Shown: in pieces, positions 16,281 to 20,000 of the stretch
Layout of the letters: every line of letters begins with the position of its first letter
Numbering within the stretch: position 1 is the stretch's first letter
Origin: an uncultured virus (IMG/VR IMGVR_UViG_3300042892_001971)
Taxonomy: Duplodnaviria; Heunggongvirae; Uroviricota; Caudoviricetes
IMG/VR virus record: IMGVR_UViG_3300042892_001971
DNA: 20,000 bases
Direction: 5' to 3' (one strand)
Translations under genes and position numbers: made by a program
The notes under the pieces: model-generated
Told to the model about the DNA's origin: nothing
The model's input: the letters and a program-made list of their open reading frames with translations, nothing else
The model's database searches: none

Positions 16281-17429
16281 ATGGACACACAACTTTTAAT
16301 TGCTCAAGGCAACGAATACCGAGCACAGAATCAACCAACTGAAGCTCTCAAATGCTATGCACAGGCATTTGTGGAAGACATGGACCTGGCAGCTGCCTGG
16401 AACAATTACGGCAATGTCATGAGAGAATGTGGACAACCTGCAAGGGCTGTGCCGTTCTTACAGCATGCCATTGCATTGGAACCACAAAACGTCACAGCTC
16501 ATTTCAATCTAGCAGTAAGCTATTTGATTCAGGGCAACTATGCACAAGGATGGCCACTGTACGAAGTGCGATGGAACTACGAACATCTTGCTGGCCAACT
16601 GCCCAAGCACACACAACCTCGGTGGACTGGTCAAGATCTAAAAGACAAAACCATCCTTGTGGAAGGTGAACAGGGACATGGTGACAACATTCAGTTTGTG
16701 AGATTTTTGTGGAACTTGCATGTGGCAGGTGCAAAGATCAAACTCAAAGTAACAGACGGTTTGATTCCACTGCTGGGCAATAGTCCTATTATTGAACGAG
16801 TTGCTGGGTACCTAGATGATGTTGGCGAGTTTGATTACTGGACTCCTATCATGAGCATTCCTGGTATACTAGGAATCACATTAGAAAACTTGCCAAAGCC
16901 TGTGAATTATCTCAATGTAGATATGAACAAACAGCAAGAGTGGTTGCAAATACTAGGTCCCAAGACTCGCATGAGAGTGGGGTTCTGTTGGAGCGGTCGC
17001 AGAGATGCCTGGCTGAATCGGCACAAAGGCATGCCGTTTGAAGACATGCTAGAGCTTATTCGAACAAATTCTCAATACGAGTGGATTAATTTGCAAATTG
17101 ATGCCACGCCTGAAGAAGAGGCAGCATTAGTTGCAGCGGGCGTCCAAGCATATCCAGGCAGCATCACAAGTTTTGTAGACACTGCGGCCTTGATCATGGC
17201 CATGGACGTTGTGATTGGTGTGGATACTGCGGTGTCACACTTGAGTGGATCACTGGGTCGCCCCACCTGGATCATGCTAAACTGGTTTGGTACAGACTGG
17301 CGTTGGTTGCTTAATCGTGATGACTCACCTTGGTACTCAACTGCACGACTGTTCCGTCAACCCTCAATGGGCGACTGGGCCAGCGTTCGAAAGAAAATCA
17401 CTCAATATCTAAGTTGGATGAAAGTGTAG
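16281..17429 (+). CDS. TPR-repeat + GT9-like (GT-B) glycosyltransferase, 382 aa
   Basis: About three N-terminal TPRs (AWNNYGNVMRECG...AIALEP...AHFNLA). Then PRWTG...KTILVEGEQGHGDNIQFVRF, FDY...MSIP, RVGFCWSG, DTAALI...MDVVIGVDTAVSHLSGSLGRPTW and DWRW...SPWY...RLFRQ, the hallmark motifs of bacterial TPR/GT9-like proteins. Confidence 0.9.
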   Translation: MDTQLLIAQGNEYRAQNQPTEALKCYAQAFVEDMDLAAAWNNYGNVMRECGQPARAVPFLQHAIALEPQNVTAHFNLAVSYLIQGNYAQGWPLYEVRWNYEHLAGQLPKHTQPRWTGQDLKDKTILVEGEQGHGDNIQFVRFLWNLHVAGAKIKLKVTDGLIPLLGNSPIIERVAGYLDDVGEFDYWTPIMSIPGILGITLENLPKPVNYLNVDMNKQQEWLQILGPKTRMRVGFCWSGRRDAWLNRHKGMPFEDMLELIRTNSQYEWINLQIDATPEEEAALVAAGVQAYPGSITSFVDTAALIMAMDVVIGVDTAVSHLSGSLGRPTWIMLNWFGTDWRWLLNRDDSPWYSTARLFRQPSMGDWASVRKKITQYLSWMKV

Positions 17430-17432
17430 TCA

Positions 17433-17463
17433 ACAAAAAAGCACCCGAAGGTGCTTTTTTTGT
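17433..17463. terminator. Bidirectional intrinsic terminator between the convergent capsid and TPR-GT genes
   Basis: ACAAAAAAGCACC-CGAA-GGTGCTTTTTTTGT. On the minus strand the loop is the C(UUCG)G tetraloop typical of T4-type terminators, and there are U-tracts in both directions. Confidence 0.92.
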
Positions 17464-17491
17464 CCTTCCCATCCCTGGGTTGGTTCTCTGA

Positions 17492-18688
17492 TTAGGAGAA
17501 TGACAAGTTAGATACTGCGATCTCACCCACATAGTCACCGGCGTTACCGAATGACGATGCAGTGTTGGTCAACTCAATGTAACCATAACGTGTCATGAAT
17601 GACACCACTGGTTCAAAGGTTGATGGATCCAACACAACACCACTGCTCATCAACGGAATGTATGGGCAGTAGAATGCAGGAGCGTCAGCTTCTGAAGAGC
17701 CTTTGTAGCCAACCAGAACTGGAGTTGTATCGCTGGCATAACTGTCAACGAACACTCTCATGGAACCGTTCAATGTACCAACAAACTTGGTGTTTGTAGG
17801 TGCTTCGAAGGTGCCTTCTGTGGTGCGAGCAAAAGCTGAAGTTGTTGCAGATTGCAACACTGTCAACGAAGCTGAACTTACAACAGCGTAGTTACCAGCG
17901 CCACGACGTGTACGTTGGGCGATCAAGTTAGCAACACGGTTGATCAACACTGCCAATGCGGCGTGTTCGTCACCAACGAATGTAGCTGTACCTGAAACGG
18001 TAGCTTGGTTGTATGTGAACTCAGTAGAAGCCAATGAGCGCAAGCTCAAAAGAATCTCTTGGTCAATTTCAGCGGTAATCTCTTGTGCCAGAGCAGCCAT
18101 GATTTCTGCTTCAACGTCAATACCATGCATGGCTTGTGCGTCTTGTGCAGATTCAAAAGTCCAACGAGCTTGCAGCTTGCGGGTCTTGGCTTCAACAGCT
18201 TGTTTCAAGATTTGAACGCTGATTTGCTTACCGCCAGTACCTTCCATCACTGCTGTGTTACCACCAGTGTAGGATGTAGCTGTACTTGTTCCTTGGGGAA
18301 CAGTAGAGTAAGCTGTAGCAATTGTGAATGGGCTCAATGCTTCTTGGCCGGCTGTTACAGAAGTAGCAGCAGCTGAAGAGTCAGTCAAGCTCTGTGCATA
18401 ACGCACACGCAGAGTGTGGATTTGACCAACAGGGCCGGTCATTGGCTGAACGCCAACCAACTCGTTAGCAATAACGGTTGGCATCACACGTCGAATCACT
18501 GGAAGAATAACACGGTTAAGTGTAGCAATGTTGCCAGAAGCGGTTGAACCAGCACTTGCATTTTCTTTCAAGTAGCGACGGGTGTTCTCAAGGATAACAC
18601 TCATCGAGTTGCGCTTGGTGCCGTTCAGACCTTCAAGCAGAGCTTCTTTGGTCTCGCCCCAGCGACTTTCTAAAAGTTCTTGTGACAT
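17492..18688 (-). CDS. gp23: T4-like major capsid protein, 398 aa
   Basis: Motifs VIRRVMPTVIANELVGVQPMTGPVGQIHTLRVRY, KQAVEAKTRKLQARWTFE, AMHGIDVEAEI, RRGAGNY, GYKGSSEADA..FYCPYIPL and DPSTFEPVVSFMTRYG. The SD is AGGAG. Confidence 0.97.
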   Translation of the reverse strand: MSQELLESRWGETKEALLEGLNGTKRNSMSVILENTRRYLKENASAGSTASGNIATLNRVILPVIRRVMPTVIANELVGVQPMTGPVGQIHTLRVRYAQSLTDSSAAATSVTAGQEALSPFTIATAYSTVPQGTSTATSYTGGNTAVMEGTGGKQISVQILKQAVEAKTRKLQARWTFESAQDAQAMHGIDVEAEIMAALAQEITAEIDQEILLSLRSLASTEFTYNQATVSGTATFVGDEHAALAVLINRVANLIAQRTRRGAGNYAVVSSASLTVLQSATTSAFARTTEGTFEAPTNTKFVGTLNGSMRVFVDSYASDTTPVLVGYKGSSEADAPAFYCPYIPLMSSGVVLDPSTFEPVVSFMTRYGYIELTNTASSFGNAGDYVGEIAVSNLSFS

Positions 18689-18711
18689 TTAAGTCTCCTA
18701 AATTTTTATTA

Positions 18712-19806
18712 TCACAGTCCAGCCAGTCTCTTGAGGTCAATCACATTGCTGCGATTATCATCAGATTCTGACTTTTGTGGAACTGTCTTATCACCGGTAA
18801 CTGCGGATACTTGTTCAGAGATCACCTTGCGGGCTTTACCTGATCGGTCTTCCAACACTGCTGGTAGATACTTTTCAAAAGCATTTTTCAAACGGGTAGT
18901 TTGAACGCTTTCAAGCAAATTACGCATGACTTCTTGCTTTTCCTTGTTTAAGGGACGTAGCAATTCATCCATTGTGCTTTCACGCTCATTGGATTCTTTA
19001 ATCATACGCAGTTCGCGCTCTTTATTCTCAACCAAGACTTTGGCTTTCTCGGTGAGACGAATTGCCTCAGACAATTTCTTGTCTTTGTGCGCAATTGTGT
19101 TATGCAACTTACGAACTTCGGCTTTCTCATTTAAGTGAGTAGCGCCAAATTCAGTAGCATACGCTTCGAAGATACGACGACCAAAATTGTTCTCACGAGC
19201 AACTTTGATGTCTTCTTGCAATTGGTTCAGTTCAGCCTTCAGATGACGGCTAACAGCAGAACTCATTTTTTGTGCAGATTCTTTGATGAATCGTGACTTG
19301 AGTCCTTCTAGCTGACTACGAGCTTCACGTACTAAACGAACTTTTGTTTCTACAACATCACGTTTGTCTTTGGCGAACTCTGTAATTTCTTTAGCTAGAG
19401 CCTGCACTACGAAGTTTTCAAGTTTGTTGACACCTTCGGCATGCATCTTACGGTCTTTACGCAGTTCAGAAATTTCTTCAGAAAGTTTTGTAACCATAAA
19501 GCTGTTAAACTTAGTGGCTGATTCTTTCATCTTGTGTTGAAACTTCACACGGTCTTCGGCCAAGTTACGCTTTTCAGCAGCAACTTGTACCAGTTCTCCT
19601 GCGAGACCTTCTGTTACCATCTTATCTAGGGCTTCTACCATCACTGACTTGTCGTGCTCATAGCGTTGTGCAAACTCCTCACGAAGTTCAGCACGAACCA
19701 TCTCACGAGCTTCTGTCAGTTTAGATTCCCAAGCTTCGTTGAGTTCCTTACTGACATCTTCGTTGATTAATCCGCTATCTAGCAATGGTTTAATAGCATC
19801 AAACAT
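18712..19806 (-). CDS. gp22: Prohead core/scaffold protein (T4 gp22-like), 364 aa
   Basis: E/K-rich coiled-coil protein between the protease and capsid genes, which is the T4 gene order 21-22-23. The SD is AAGGAG. The call rests on synteny and composition. Confidence 0.8.
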   Translation of the reverse strand: MFDAIKPLLDSGLINEDVSKELNEAWESKLTEAREMVRAELREEFAQRYEHDKSVMVEALDKMVTEGLAGELVQVAAEKRNLAEDRVKFQHKMKESATKFNSFMVTKLSEEISELRKDRKMHAEGVNKLENFVVQALAKEITEFAKDKRDVVETKVRLVREARSQLEGLKSRFIKESAQKMSSAVSRHLKAELNQLQEDIKVARENNFGRRIFEAYATEFGATHLNEKAEVRKLHNTIAHKDKKLSEAIRLTEKAKVLVENKERELRMIKESNERESTMDELLRPLNKEKQEVMRNLLESVQTTRLKNAFEKYLPAVLEDRSGKARKVISEQVSAVTGDKTVPQKSESDDNRSNVIDLKRLAGL

Positions 19807-19818
19807 GCTTTATTCTCC

Positions 19819-20000
19819 TTAGATTTTAAGTTCTCGGATAAGGCGTTTAACCTCACCTGCGAGATACTTTTTCACTTTGTCGTCCTGACCAGACTCTCTA
19901 GCCATCTCTAAGATCTTATGACCGTTTCTCATGTTCATGAGACCTTCATAGATTGCTGTAGGATACGCATTAGGAGCACTGGGTTGGGCAACCACATCTA
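19819..20000 (-). CDS. gp21: Prohead protease (T4 gp21-like), C-terminal fragment
   Basis: Not in the ORF track. Translates ...DVVAQPSAPNAYPTAIYEGLMNMRNGHKILEMARESGQDDKVKKYLAGEVKRLIRELKI*. DxVxxPSAPxA is the conserved gp21 motif. Confidence 0.88.
   Translation of the reverse strand, partial: DVVAQPSAPNAYPTAIYEGLMNMRNGHKILEMARESGQDDKVKKYLAGEVKRLIRELKI

Noticed and set aside
14449..19138. Short alternative-frame ORFs (for example 14684..14899, 15290..15550, 16352..16669, 17940..18215, 18926..19138)
   Set aside because: They lie wholly or largely within well-supported genes and show no recognisable motifs or RBS.
1..20000. Eukaryotic giant virus or bacterial adhesin locus as the origin of the window
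   Set aside because: The gp21-gp22-gp23 order, SD sequences and T4-type UUCG terminator indicate a tailed bacteriophage.

Overview
This window is a 20-kb piece of a T4-like (gp21-gp22-gp23) large tailed-phage genome, almost all of it coded on the minus strand. From the right end it carries the C-terminus of the prohead protease (gp21-like), the prohead core/scaffold (gp22-like) and a short major capsid protein (gp23-like). A bidirectional UUCG terminator follows, then the only + strand gene, a TPR + GT9-like glycosyltransferase. Next come a 259-aa probable virion protein with a structured 5' leader and a Maf/DUF115-like glycosyltransferase-fold protein. The remaining ~14.7 kb encodes Gly/Asn/Thr/Ser-rich modular fibre proteins of 492, 2335, 695 and >1107 aa (the last is missing from the ORF track), plus a fibre-chaperone-like protein. 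The fibres share modules, including about 20 copies of a Y-x-x-G-[ND]-G-x-x-L-T motif that I recall as similar to the chlorovirus Vp260 glycoprotein repeat. The most interesting hypothesis is a phage-encoded virion glycosylation locus: two transferases resembling the two known flagellin-glycosyltransferase classes (FlmG-type and Maf-type) lie between the capsid gene and very large S/T/N-rich surface fibres. Regulatory features include TAA[A/G]TA late-promoter motifs, a sigma70 promoter interlocked with a divergent late promoter, and a terminator hairpin that hides an RBS. The many + strand ORFs over the fibre genes are antisense shadows. All family assignments come from motif recognition by eye; no searches were run.
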